Assembly: GCA_036404515.1 (NCBI GenBank)
Contig: DASWZK010000016.1
Span: forward strand, 17,869 to 81,868
Direction of reading: 5' to 3'
From: Candidatus Limnocylindrales bacterium
Lineage (GTDB): Bacteria; Chloroflexota; Limnocylindria; Limnocylindrales; CSP1-4
Length of the DNA stretch: 64,000 nt
The notes under the pieces are model-generated. The model did not search any database. It saw only the letters and a list, made by a program, of their open reading frames with translations, and had not been told where the DNA came from. Position 1 is the stretch's first letter. Every line of letters starts with the position of its first letter. This document shows, piece after piece, positions 1 to 9,812 of the stretch. The translations under genes were made by a program, and so were the position numbers.

Positions 1-64
1 GACCGGAACGGCCGACCTCACCGCCGTCGGGGCGGCCAAGAGGGTCGCCCGTCTCTTTCCGGAG

Positions 65-508
65 GTGTACAGGCGGTACCACTGGGCCAATCGGGTTCGG
101 GGCGGAGATCTGCCGATCACGCGCCGCGCGCTGGAGGTGCTGCAGAACCTTTCGGCCAGCGGACCGCTGACCGTCGGTGAGCAGGCCGCGCATCTCGGCT
201 TGAGGCGCAACTCCGTGTCGGAGCTGCTCCAACGCCTCGAGGCAAAGGGGCTCGTCGCCCGGATCCGCGACGAGCGCGATGAGCGTCGGGTCCTCGTCTG
301 GCTGACCGAAGCGGGGCGTGATGTCGTCTCGAGGGTCGGCCAGGTGCTGGCCCCAGATCTCATCGCCCAGGTCATGGCGACCCTGTCGCCGGAGGAACGA
401 GCGGCCGTCGTCCGCGGCTTCGAGTTGCTCGCTTCCGCCGAACCCGCGAAACCACCCGCGCCCGCCAGGCCGGCAGCCGCCACGCCAGCAGAAAGGAATT
501 TCCGATGA
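65..508 (+). CDS. MarR family transcriptional regulator
   Basis: 147 aa. Winged-helix MarR pattern (LTVGEQAAHLGLRRNSVSELLQRLEAKGLVARIRDERDERRVLVWLTEAGRDV). GTG start; stop overlaps next gene (ATGA). Confidence 0.75.
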   Translation: MYRRYHWANRVRGGDLPITRRALEVLQNLSASGPLTVGEQAAHLGLRRNSVSELLQRLEAKGLVARIRDERDERRVLVWLTEAGRDVVSRVGQVLAPDLIAQVMATLSPEERAAVVRGFELLASAEPAKPPAPARPAAATPAERNFR

Positions 509-753
509 CCGTCGCCCTGAACTGCGAATCCTGCGGCATGCCCCTGGCGGGCGACGAAGACCACGCTCTGTCCGACCCGACGATCCCCTATTGCAGCTAC
601 TGCGCCCCCGCAGGCAGGCTGCCATCAGTCGACGAGCGACTCGAGCGGTTCACGCAGTGGACCATGCACCAAGACGGACTCGACTACGTGGCCGCCCGCG
701 AGAAGGCCCGCGCCTACATGAAGACGATGCCGGCCTGGAAGGACGCCCTATAG
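505..753 (+). CDS. putative zinc-ribbon domain protein
   Basis: 82 aa. CxxC...CxxC (CESCGMP...CSYCAP) followed by conserved W/Y-rich tail. 4-nt overlap with the upstream MarR gene suggests coupling. Confidence 0.55.
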   Translation: MTVALNCESCGMPLAGDEDHALSDPTIPYCSYCAPAGRLPSVDERLERFTQWTMHQDGLDYVAAREKARAYMKTMPAWKDAL

Positions 754-943
754 GGGAACCGATTCCGCTACAAAGATGAGGCCGCCGGCAATCCGGCGGC
801 CTCATCCACGCTCCGTTGCCGGGCTCTCCTGCGCGAGGACGACTCGGAATCGTACGGTCGACTGATCCTCTCGGCCCGTCGCCGGCGATATGATCGGGCC
901 GCGCGTCCCAAACTGGACCACTCGACAGCGTTAGGAGCCGGCT

Positions 944-1231
944 GTGCCGCGCATGGATTTCGTTGGTTGGATCGTCGTCGGGTTCCTGGCCGGTGCGTTA
1001 TCTGGCGCCGTCGTTGAACGGGGCCCGCGTGGCTGCCTCGCCAACACGGCGGTCGGCATCCTGGGTGGCCTTCTCGGCGGCTGGTTCGCGACCGAAGAGC
1101 TGCACACGGACAGCAGCCGCGGATTCCTGGGCGCCCTGGTAGTGGCATTCCTCGGCGCGATCGCAATACGCCTGATCCTCGATGCTCTCGAAAGCGACGA
1201 CCGGCGAGGCCGACGTAGAGATCGCGGTTAG
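944..1231 (+). CDS. GlsB/YeaQ/YmgE family stress-response membrane protein
   Basis: 95 aa, two Gly-rich TM helices (GWIVVGFLAGALSG...ILGGLLGGWFA) typical of the transglycosylase-associated family. AGGAG 7 nt upstream of the GTG at 944; alternative ATG at 953. Confidence 0.7.
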   Translation: MPRMDFVGWIVVGFLAGALSGAVVERGPRGCLANTAVGILGGLLGGWFATEELHTDSSRGFLGALVVAFLGAIAIRLILDALESDDRRGRRRDRG

Positions 1232-1414
1232 TACACGGCGCCGTTCCGTCGCGAAACCTACTCGTTACGCAGGGCTAGACTCCTTTCGGCAGCATCCGCG
1301 CTGAAGAACACGATCGCGGTAGCATTCCGTCGCTGTAGACTCGGCCGCCCGGAGCCAGCTGCCTCTCCGGATCCGGGGCCGACGTTCGCGCAAGAGGCCC
1401 CAAGGAGGGCGACG

Positions 1415-2599
1415 ATGACGACCAGCAACACCGAGAACGCCGCATCCTCCCAACCCGGGGCCCCCGCGGCAACACCGCCGGCGGAGCCCAAGGCTCCGGC
1501 CGAGCGCCCCTATTCGCCGGGCCTTGAGGGAGTAATCGCCGCTGAGACGGCCGTCGGCTTCGTCGACGGCGCCAACGGCCGTCTGCTGTACCGCGGCTAC
1601 CCGATCGGTCAGCTCGTCGAGAAGGGCACGTATGGCCGGGTCGCCGAGCTGCTGTGGACGGGCGAGTGGCGCAAGAGCGCGCGCCTGGTCCCGGCCGAGG
1701 TGCCCGAGCCGGTCATGTGCGCTCTTCGCGAGCTACCCAACCACACCCACCCGATGGACGCGCTCCGGACCGCCGTCTCCGTCTGGGGCGCGTGGCATCG
1801 GCCGCACTGGCCGCCTACCGTGGACCAGGCTCGCGACTTGACCGCATTCGCGCCCTCGGCGTTGGCCGCCTTCCATCGCTTGCGCAACGGCCTGGAGCCG
1901 GTGAAGCCGAACCAGAAGCTCTCTCTGGCGGGGGGCTTCCTTCAGCAGCTGAACGGCAAGGACCCCGATCCGGCCGCGGCGCGAGCCCTCGACGCGTATT
2001 TCATCGTGGGCGCCGAGCATGGGCTCAACGCATCCACGTTCACCTGCCGGGTCATCATTTCCACGCGGTCCGATCTCGCCAGCGCCGTCTGCGGCGCGAT
2101 CGGAGCCCTCAAGGGCCCGCTCCACGGCGGCGCCCCCGCGGAGGTCGTGAGCCAGCTTCATGAGATCGGCTCGCCCGACCGCGCCGAGCAATGGGTTCGC
2201 GAGGCAATCGCTCGCGGCGACAGGATCATGGGCTTCGGCCATCGTGTCTACCGCGCCTACGACCCGCGAGCCGCCGCCCTCCGGAAAGTCGCCGAGGGAA
2301 TGGCGGACATGGCCGAATGGCTCGACGTAGCCGTCAAGGTTGAGGATGTGGTCCTGCGCGTCTTCGGCGAGCTCAAACCCGATCGCATTATCAAGACGAA
2401 CGTCGAGTATTACGCCGCGGCAGTGCTGCAGGGGGTCGGGCTTCCGCCCGACCTCTTCCCGCCGACTTTCGCGCTGGCCCGGATGGCCGGCTGGGGCGCC
2501 CACGCCATCGAGCAGGCCTCGGCCGACAAGCTGATCCGGCCCGACGCCCGATACGTCGGGCCCGCGGAGATGGACGTTCCAGCGCTCGGTTCTCGCTAG
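1415..2599 (+). CDS. citrate synthase / 2-methylcitrate synthase family
   Basis: 394 aa. Hallmark GFGHRVY motif and MGFGHRVYRAYDPRA region. Strong GC3 codon bias. Confidence 0.9.
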   Translation: MTTSNTENAASSQPGAPAATPPAEPKAPAERPYSPGLEGVIAAETAVGFVDGANGRLLYRGYPIGQLVEKGTYGRVAELLWTGEWRKSARLVPAEVPEPVMCALRELPNHTHPMDALRTAVSVWGAWHRPHWPPTVDQARDLTAFAPSALAAFHRLRNGLEPVKPNQKLSLAGGFLQQLNGKDPDPAAARALDAYFIVGAEHGLNASTFTCRVIISTRSDLASAVCGAIGALKGPLHGGAPAEVVSQLHEIGSPDRAEQWVREAIARGDRIMGFGHRVYRAYDPRAAALRKVAEGMADMAEWLDVAVKVEDVVLRVFGELKPDRIIKTNVEYYAAAVLQGVGLPPDLFPPTFALARMAGWGAHAIEQASADKLIRPDARYVGPAEMDVPALGSR

Positions 2600-2642
2600 G
2601 GCCTCGCCCCAGGGCCGATGGTCCGACCGGCAGGCCCTCGGC

Positions 2643-3920
2643 TCAATCCGACCCGTCGAGTGCCCGGGCAGGATCGGCCGCGGTTCCGGCCGAGCCCCGC
2701 GTACGGGACCTGCTCCCACCCGTCCGCCAGGCGAAGGCGAGCGCCAGGAAGGCGGCGGCGACGAGCGCGCCCGCCGCCACGTAGAAGACTGCCCGCAGGC
2801 CTTCGGTGACGACACCGGCACCGATGGCCGGCCCGGCTATGCCACCCAGGTACAGCGGCAGGTAGATCAGGTTGAGCGTCGCCGAGCGACGCTCGGCCGG
2901 GACTTCTGTGGCCAGCAGGCCCGACACCATGGCCCCGACGATAGTCTGGAAGGCGACCGCCAGGCCGTACGCGACGGCCAGCACGGTCACGGTCGTGGCG
3001 AGCGGCAGGGCCAGCAAGGCGATCGCGATGCCGGAGATGGAGGCCACCAGGACGGGCCTGAAGCCGAGCCGATCCGCGACCCAGCCACCTGCGGGCGAGA
3101 GGGCCGCCCCCAGGAGAGGGGCCACGCCGAGCACGAGGCCCACGGATCCGGCGACCAGCAGCGACGTGTGCTCGACGTCGTGGACGAGCAGCGTCATGTA
3201 CTGCGCCGACATCTGGCGCCCGACGAAGACCACGCCATACACCACGAACAGCCAGCGCACCACGGGGTCGGACAGGACGCCACGAACGGCGGCTAACGCC
3301 AGACTGAGGGTGCTTCCGGTCGGCACGACCTCGGGCCGCACTTCGCGCGACGCGACGGCCAGCAACAGCGCCACTCCAACCGACAGCGCCGCGGCGAGGG
3401 CGAAGACGGCAGCGCTGGTGAGATGCAGCCCGTCGATCATGAATGAGCCGAGGACCGGCCCGGCGCCGAAGCCCAGCGGGCTGCTGGCGGCGAAGAACCC
3501 CATCGCCAGGCCGAGTCGGTGGCTCGGCGTGACATCGCGAATGGCGGCCATCATCACGCCGCTGTTGCCCAGCTGGAAACCCACGAGCAGCATGGCCACG
3601 ACCAGCTGCCAGGGGGCCTGGCTGGCGGCCACCACGCTGAACACGACCGCTTCGACAAGCGCGCTGCGGATGATGACGGCCTTGCGGCTGTACTTGTCGG
3701 CCCAGACGCCCCACAGCGGGATGAACGGCAAGCCTGAGAGGAAGAACAGGGCGCCGAGCACCCCGACGAAGTGCCCGACTTCGGCCGAGTTCAGCCCAAC
3801 CTCGGTCAGCCGGTTCGGCAGAAATGCGTAGATCTGGGACACTCCGAGGCCCTCGACGAAGGAGGTGACCCAGTACAGAGCGAGCAAGGAGCGCCAATCG
3901 GGCGCAGGCCGAGAATGCAC
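2643..3920 (-). CDS. MFS transporter
   Basis: 425 aa, about 12 predicted TM helices, Gly/Ala-rich, MFS-like loop motifs. GTG start. Confidence 0.8.
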   Translation of the reverse strand: MHSRPAPDWRSLLALYWVTSFVEGLGVSQIYAFLPNRLTEVGLNSAEVGHFVGVLGALFFLSGLPFIPLWGVWADKYSRKAVIIRSALVEAVVFSVVAASQAPWQLVVAMLLVGFQLGNSGVMMAAIRDVTPSHRLGLAMGFFAASSPLGFGAGPVLGSFMIDGLHLTSAAVFALAAALSVGVALLLAVASREVRPEVVPTGSTLSLALAAVRGVLSDPVVRWLFVVYGVVFVGRQMSAQYMTLLVHDVEHTSLLVAGSVGLVLGVAPLLGAALSPAGGWVADRLGFRPVLVASISGIAIALLALPLATTVTVLAVAYGLAVAFQTIVGAMVSGLLATEVPAERRSATLNLIYLPLYLGGIAGPAIGAGVVTEGLRAVFYVAAGALVAAAFLALAFAWRTGGSRSRTRGSAGTAADPARALDGSD

Positions 3921-4067
3921 CAGCGCAGCCTACCCGAGCGCGGCCGGTCGGGACAGCAGCGGTGGCGAGGGGCTGGAGTTGACCGGACGTCGCGGGCCCA
4001 CTTCGCCTCCCGGGCAGGGCTGGCGACGCCCCGATTGGCCTGACATGGCCCACAGGCGGTATCTTTC

Positions 4068-5021
4068 GTGGGTCCATCGCCGACGACTGATGGATCGGAC
4101 AGGAGGAGCCGGGTGGACGACAGGATCTGGAAGAACATCTCGATCGTGCTGGGAGTGGCCTGTGCGCTGCTGATCGGCGTCGCCGGCGCCCTCATGATCG
4201 TCGGGAACAAAGGCGGGTCGTCCGCAGCCACCTCCGCTCCGCAGGAGAGCGAGGTCGCCGCCGCGTCGACGGCCCCGGCCACGTCGCTGCCCTCTGGCGC
4301 GCTGCAGAGCCAGGGCCCGAACGAAACAGTCGGACCGACTCCGACTCCGGGGAAGGCCAGCCCGGCGACGATCACGTTCAACAGCCTGGCCCTCGACGCG
4401 AGCAACGACGCCAAGGGGACCGCCCGAACCTTCACCTTCACCAGCGACGGCGCCGGTCCGGTCACGTATGCGGTGACCCAGACTTCGGCCGGCGGCACAA
4501 CCAAGATGTGCGCCAAGGTCGACTCAAGCGCATATGCCTGCAAGGTCGGCAGCCTGCCCAACTTCCTCAAGGGCATGGCCGACGGGCCGCACAACATCTG
4601 GACTGTGACCCTTGTCGGCTATGGCTCCTCCAAGCCGACGGTGGACGTTACCTTCACATGGCCTACGGCCAGTCCCAAGATCATGCTCAGCCACGGCCGC
4701 TTCCAGGGAAGTACGACCGCGGGCGTGGCGGAGGCTCTGAACGGCTTCACCGCCACGTTCAAGCCTCGCGTTGGCGGCACGATCAACGTGCAGGCCACCT
4801 GGACGGTCGTCACGGCCGATGCCAGCATGACGCTGCTCGACGCCACGACCACGCCGTCCGTTACCGTCGATGCGCGTCAGTACAAAGGCGTCACGTACAT
4901 CAACCCGGCATTTACCGCCAACGTCGACCCCACGAAGACGTACGTGGTCGAGCTGCGGAATGACTCCGCCGACAATCCGAGCCCGCGCCCCGACCTGACG
5001 GCTCAAGTTTCTTTCCCGTAG
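4068..5021 (+). CDS. hypothetical membrane-anchored extracytoplasmic protein
   Basis: 317 aa. N-terminal signal-anchor (ISIVLGVACALLIGVAGALMIV), Ser/Thr/Pro linker, beta-rich C-terminal domain with two Cys. No family recognised. Confidence 0.5.
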   Translation: MGPSPTTDGSDRRSRVDDRIWKNISIVLGVACALLIGVAGALMIVGNKGGSSAATSAPQESEVAAASTAPATSLPSGALQSQGPNETVGPTPTPGKASPATITFNSLALDASNDAKGTARTFTFTSDGAGPVTYAVTQTSAGGTTKMCAKVDSSAYACKVGSLPNFLKGMADGPHNIWTVTLVGYGSSKPTVDVTFTWPTASPKIMLSHGRFQGSTTAGVAEALNGFTATFKPRVGGTINVQATWTVVTADASMTLLDATTTPSVTVDARQYKGVTYINPAFTANVDPTKTYVVELRNDSADNPSPRPDLTAQVSFP

Positions 5022-5077
5022 CCTCGGGCAACCCTCATTCCTGGCCCGGGCGGGGTATGCCGTCGGCGGCGGGCGAC

Positions 5078-5410
5078 TCAACCGCTACGCCGTCGAAAGC
5101 TCACCCAGTCGCACGAGGCGCCCAAGCGCTCGAGTACGGAAGCCAGTCCAGACTCCCGTCCGGAAGTAGAGTCGGCCCTGACCAAGGCCGAGACCGCTTC
5201 CTCGCTGGGCAGGCGAACCAGGATGAGCGATCCCGACATGTCGGCATACCCGCCCACTTCGATGATCGTGCCCGCCTCGCGCAGTTCGGCCATGCGCGCC
5301 AGGTGCTCGGCCCGGATGGTTGAGCGTCGCTCGGCGGCATCGGGACCGTAGATTGCATCTACGACCCAGACGTGCTCGATGGCGAGGCCGTCTGGAATCT
5401 CGCCGGCCAT
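5078..5410 (-). CDS. YciI-like (YCII-related) small protein
   Basis: 110 aa with YciI-like pattern (HVWVVDAIYGPDAAERRSTIRAEHLARMAELREAGTII). 10 bp downstream of the sbcE-like gene on the same strand. Confidence 0.6.
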   Translation of the reverse strand: MAGEIPDGLAIEHVWVVDAIYGPDAAERRSTIRAEHLARMAELREAGTIIEVGGYADMSGSLILVRLPSEEAVSALVRADSTSGRESGLASVLERLGASCDWVSFRRRSG

Positions 5411-5419
5411 GGTTTCCTC

Positions 5420-7738
5420 CTAGGCCTCGCCCTGCTCACCCGGGGCCTGGACCGTGCCCGCCGGCGACTCGGACGAGTTGGAGACCGCGGCCTTCTCGGC
5501 CGTGGCCTCGTTGATGCGCGCGGCAACACCGTCGGTTCCGGCGCCGTCCTTGCCGCTCCCGGTTTCGCCGGCCCGTCCCGCGGTGTCCGGCGGTTCGACC
5601 TCAATCGGGCCTGGCAGTTCGACGACCGAATCGGCCAGGCCGTCGTATCGGTTCGAGCAGGCCAGGTAGATCACCTGGAAATCCGACGAAAGCTCTCGCA
5701 GCAGGGCGGCCGCTCGCGCGGCTCGGGTGTCGTCGAACGTCACGAACGGGTCGTCCAGGAGCAGCGGCGGACGTCGCCCCTGCGCCACCAGCCTCACCAG
5801 GCCCAGGCGCGCCGCCAGGAAGACCTGGTCGATCGTGCCCTTGCTCAGCCGACCCGCCGCGACCCAGTCTCCACGTTCCGGGACCCAGACCCCGATGTCC
5901 AGGGTCTGATCGTCGATGCTCACCCGCCCATACCGGCCGCCGGTCAGCCGTGCTACGTCCCGCCCGACCTGCTGCTCGAGAAAGCGCGTGGCCTTGCGCA
6001 TCGTCCCGCTCTCGGCGGCCTCGATCGCCGCGAGCGTCATCTCGTAGATCCGGACCCGACTCTTGAGGGCCGCGAGCTGGTTCTGCCAGGTGACAAGGCG
6101 CTCGGCCTCGCCCGCCACCTGCTCCGAGTCGACCGAGTTGGCGTCGACGCGCGCGATCGCTGCCGCCTCGGAATCGCGTGCCCGTTCGAGCGCTGCGTGC
6201 CGCTCGCGGACCTCGGCCTCCAGCCGCTCCCGAGCCCGAGCATCGTTGGCGATCGGTCCTAGAGCCCCAAGCGCGGCCGCTTTCTGTTCCAGCTCGAGCG
6301 CCGCCCGATCGCGCATCTCCGTGACGCTGCCGGTCTGACCCGCGAGCAGGGCCGAAACCTGGACCTGCAAGGTCACGATCTCCTGACGCCGGCCCTGTTC
6401 GGCTGTGAGCAGCTTCTCGGCAGAGGCGACGTCGGGCACGCCCAGCTCCGTGAGAATGCCCTGCACCCCCGCTTGGGCCACGCGCAAGCTCTCCTCTGTC
6501 CCCACGCGACCCTGACGCCGAAGGGTCCGATCTCGCTGGCTGGCTTCGTTGGCGCGGCGAACGTTCACGGCCACCGACCGACGCTGCCACAGGCGGACCG
6601 CCAGGAGAACCGTCGCGCTCAGGAAGACCAGGCTGAGCAACAGCACCGGCAGGAGCGACCGAATGACACCGAACGAGCCCGTCAACGCGGTCGCGACCAG
6701 CGCGATCAACGTGAGGGTTGCCCCGCTCCGATACTCAGGCTCGGGCTCGTCGGACTCGACCCTCGGTCCGAGGTCTTCCTGCAGAGTCTCCTGCATGATG
6801 GAGACGCGGCTCTGCAGCGTCCGCATGCGGTCCAGCTGATCGCGCAGACCCGAGATTGATCGCTCGGGTGTGGCCTCGAGTTCCTGCAGACGGCGTTGCG
6901 CCTCGGCCGCCTGACGGTAACGCTCGAATCTCTCGGCGATGACGGCCCGATCCGAACGCAGGCGCTCTGCCTGACTGGCGGCCTCGAGCATATTCCGGCT
7001 TTCGGACAGCGCGGTTTCGGCCCGAAGCCGCGCGTCACGGACCTTGGCCAGCGCATCGCGATCCACTTCGAGCTTCTCGAGGGCGCCCTCGCCGTTCCTG
7101 AGGGCCACCTCGGCGCGAGCGACCGCTTCTTGGGCGATCCTGAGTCGGCCGGGGTTCTTTTCGCCGCGCGACCTCAGGGCTCGGATCGCGTCCTCCAGAC
7201 GAGCCCTGGCTCGCGACGAACCCTTGTCGCCCCCACCGATGCTCGCCTGTAGCCGATCGCGCAGAGCACCCTCGTCTCGATCGAGATCATCGAGCTCTTC
7301 GTGCCGAATCGAGGCGGTTGAGCGGAAGAAGGCTTCGTTGGGAATGCCGGTCAACTCGGCCAGGACCTCTTCGGCTTTGGCCGGGTCCGTGTACGTATGG
7401 CCGTCGAGCTCCAGCGAGACGCGCCCGCGCTGACCGCGGAACTCCTTCTCCAGGACGCCGCGACCGGCGCCGGCACCGTCCGGCCCGGCCTCATCGTCGG
7501 TGATGAACTCGATCCGAGTTGAAGACCGCTCGTCGTCAGCCGCCCCCCAGGATCGGAGGGCTTCGAGCTCGGCCGTGGCGGCCGTCGGCTTGCGGAAGAG
7601 AGCCAGCTCGATACCGCGTTGGATCGTGGACTTGCCGGCCTCGTTGGGGCCGCGAATGACCGTGAAGCCGGGCGCGAGCTCGATGTCCAGGTCGCGATGC
7701 CGGCCGAAGTTTCGCAGCTGCAGGCGAGTGATCTTCAT
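5420..7738 (-). CDS. SMC-like AAA ATPase, YhaN/SbcE family (Rad50/SbcC-like)
   Basis: 772 aa. Walker A GPNEAGKST at the N-terminus and long coiled coils. Two central hydrophobic helices (TLTLIALVATALTGSFGVIRSLLPVLLLSLVFLSATVLLAV). C-terminal signature-like LSKGT plus Walker B LLLDDPF. Architecture as in the B. subtilis YhaN membrane-spanning SMC-like protein. Confidence 0.8.
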   Translation of the reverse strand: MKITRLQLRNFGRHRDLDIELAPGFTVIRGPNEAGKSTIQRGIELALFRKPTAATAELEALRSWGAADDERSSTRIEFITDDEAGPDGAGAGRGVLEKEFRGQRGRVSLELDGHTYTDPAKAEEVLAELTGIPNEAFFRSTASIRHEELDDLDRDEGALRDRLQASIGGGDKGSSRARARLEDAIRALRSRGEKNPGRLRIAQEAVARAEVALRNGEGALEKLEVDRDALAKVRDARLRAETALSESRNMLEAASQAERLRSDRAVIAERFERYRQAAEAQRRLQELEATPERSISGLRDQLDRMRTLQSRVSIMQETLQEDLGPRVESDEPEPEYRSGATLTLIALVATALTGSFGVIRSLLPVLLLSLVFLSATVLLAVRLWQRRSVAVNVRRANEASQRDRTLRRQGRVGTEESLRVAQAGVQGILTELGVPDVASAEKLLTAEQGRRQEIVTLQVQVSALLAGQTGSVTEMRDRAALELEQKAAALGALGPIANDARARERLEAEVRERHAALERARDSEAAAIARVDANSVDSEQVAGEAERLVTWQNQLAALKSRVRIYEMTLAAIEAAESGTMRKATRFLEQQVGRDVARLTGGRYGRVSIDDQTLDIGVWVPERGDWVAAGRLSKGTIDQVFLAARLGLVRLVAQGRRPPLLLDDPFVTFDDTRAARAAALLRELSSDFQVIYLACSNRYDGLADSVVELPGPIEVEPPDTAGRAGETGSGKDGAGTDGVAARINEATAEKAAVSNSSESPAGTVQAPGEQGEA

Positions 7739-7754
7739 CGGTCTGAGATCTCGC

Positions 7755-9011
7755 TCACAGCGTCACCTGGCGCCCTTCGAGGAGGTGACGGCCCAGCCGC
7801 AGAACCTCGCGGAGATCGGTCAGCTCTTGCGCCGGATCGAGCCCGGGCGCGGCGGGCGCCGACGACCCGCCGTTTCCAGCCGGGGACGGCTCAATCGATG
7901 GTGAAGCAGGTTCAGCCGCAGCTTCCGAACCGGTGGCCGCTTCGAGCCGAGCTATGCGCCCTTCGACGCTCCGAACGAACGCACCGAGGACCGTGTCGGG
8001 CGGGGCGGACACGCCTTCGGGCGAGGCAGGGATCGACATGTCGCGGAGGCGGAAGCGAAGGAAAGACGGCGACAGAGCCCGCTCGATCTCGTCCAGGTCC
8101 AGATCGAGGTCGTCCGGGTACAGCCCGGTCAGCCTCACGTCGAAGACCAGGTTCGAGTCGGCATGGCGAGCCAGGACGTCGATAAGCTCGGGCTGGTTCT
8201 GGACGCCGCCGGCGTCCAGGTCGAGCTTCTCGGACCTCGTCTGGCCGACCGTTCTCGGCTCGATGGAGACGAAGTGGCGTCCGTCCCGTTCCTCGAGGGC
8301 GACCAGGAGGACCTTACCGGCACCGTCCTGATCGACAGCCACGGGCTCAGGGGCGCCGGAATAGGCATACGCCACGTCTCCAGCTCGGCCTTCCATCGCG
8401 GAGTGCCAATGGCCCAGCGCCAGGTAGTCCAGGCCCGACCCGGCGATCTCCTCTTCGGTGACGACGACGGCGTCAGAATCGGTGCGCCCTGGGATCGCGA
8501 GCGCACCGTGGACCATGCCGATCTTCCACGTGGCTCGCGTGTCCGAGCGGGCATCGAGGCCGGCCAGCGGGCTTCGCGGCGAGCGCTTAGTATCGAAGAC
8601 GCGACCGTAGACGATCGCGTCCAGTGACGGAAAGACGACCTCGGTCGAGGAGGGCGTCAGGACCACGACCCAGTCGCCGGGGGTATGGGCCATGCCTGTC
8701 AGGTCGTAGGAACGATAGATCGATGCGCCGTCGTAGACGTCATGAGTGCCGGGAATGATGACCGTGCGAATGCTCGCCCGCGCAAGGCGCTCCAGCTCGG
8801 CGGCAACGCGTTCGACCGACCGGCGGGGCTGAGTGTTGGAGTCGAACAGGTCGCCCGCAACGAGAAAGATGTCGACCTTCTCGATGATTGCCAGATCGAC
8901 GGACGTTCGGAAGGCCGCAAACTGGCGCTCGCGCAGGGCGGCGGCACGCTCGCCCAGGTCCGTGTGTCTCGCTCCGAGGTGAACGTCGGCTGTGTGAAGC
9001 AAGCGCAGCAT
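7755..9011 (-). CDS. Mre11/SbcD-family metallophosphoesterase, YhaO/SbcF-like
   Basis: Phosphoesterase motifs LHTADVHLG, VDIFLVAGDLFD, VIIPGTHD. I place the start at the internal ATG (MLRLLHTADVHLG), which matches family N-termini; the track ORF extends to 9050. Lies 17 bp upstream of the SMC-like gene on the same strand. Confidence 0.8.
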   Translation of the reverse strand: MLRLLHTADVHLGARHTDLGERAAALRERQFAAFRTSVDLAIIEKVDIFLVAGDLFDSNTQPRRSVERVAAELERLARASIRTVIIPGTHDVYDGASIYRSYDLTGMAHTPGDWVVVLTPSSTEVVFPSLDAIVYGRVFDTKRSPRSPLAGLDARSDTRATWKIGMVHGALAIPGRTDSDAVVVTEEEIAGSGLDYLALGHWHSAMEGRAGDVAYAYSGAPEPVAVDQDGAGKVLLVALEERDGRHFVSIEPRTVGQTRSEKLDLDAGGVQNQPELIDVLARHADSNLVFDVRLTGLYPDDLDLDLDEIERALSPSFLRFRLRDMSIPASPEGVSAPPDTVLGAFVRSVEGRIARLEAATGSEAAAEPASPSIEPSPAGNGGSSAPAAPGLDPAQELTDLREVLRLGRHLLEGRQVTL

Positions 9012-9425
9012 CGGACGAGTTGTTCCTCTTGCGTCCCGACAGCCCGACATTCGCGCCCGACCCGCGGAGGTTCGCCGATGTGCCGCAGCACCGAAGCGCC
9101 CGGCCCAGACCGCGGCGGCAGGCGACGCGGAGACGGGTCGACGAACCGATTGTGCCAGGTTCGAAGGGCGCCGATACGGCGAGGTTGCGACCGGAAGGCG
9201 GCGGTGTCTCGCCCTGCCCGACAGGCCGGAACGCCCATTCCAGCTGGGCGGGACTGCGTGCTATTCTTCCGCCCTGCCGGTGCGTCCCAGACAGGCAAGA
9301 TTGAACCGAAGACCGTCGACTGGAGCCGCCCAAGCCTACCAGCGCCCCAAGCGCGGCTCGGCGCGACCTCGATTCGCCTGTCCCCGGACCGTCGGCGCGG
9401 GACCCGCGGCTCCGGGAGGAGAATC

Positions 9426-9749
9426 GTGATCTACGTCGATCGGACCCTGAACTGTGTTGACTGCGGCACCGAGTTCGTCCACTCGGCCGAGGACCAGGAG
9501 TACTACACGCAGAAGGGGTTCGTCTCGGACCCCAAACGCTGTCCGGGCTGCCGGGCTGCCCGGCGGTCGATGAGAGAGGCCGACAGTGGCCCCGGCAGCG
9601 AGCGCGGCGGCAACGGAGGACCCCGCGAGTACTTCGCGGTCGTGTGCACCCGCTGCGGCAACCAGGCCCAGGTCCCGTTCAAGCCGCATATGGACCGGCC
9701 GGTCTTCTGCTCCGATTGCTTCCGCATCGTCCACGCTCAGGGCGCTTAG
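9426..9749 (+). CDS. zinc-ribbon domain protein (four CxxC pairs)
   Basis: 107 aa from GTG with GGAGGAG upstream. CVDCG...CPGC...CTRCG...CSDC. The upstream part of track ORF 8685..9749 has poor codon usage and is not used. Confidence 0.55.
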   Translation: MIYVDRTLNCVDCGTEFVHSAEDQEYYTQKGFVSDPKRCPGCRAARRSMREADSGPGSERGGNGGPREYFAVVCTRCGNQAQVPFKPHMDRPVFCSDCFRIVHAQGA

Positions 9750-9812
9750 CGACGCTCGCCAAAGAAAAAGCGGCGGTCGCCGTCCGGCGACCGCCGCTTC
9801 GTGTACGAGAGG

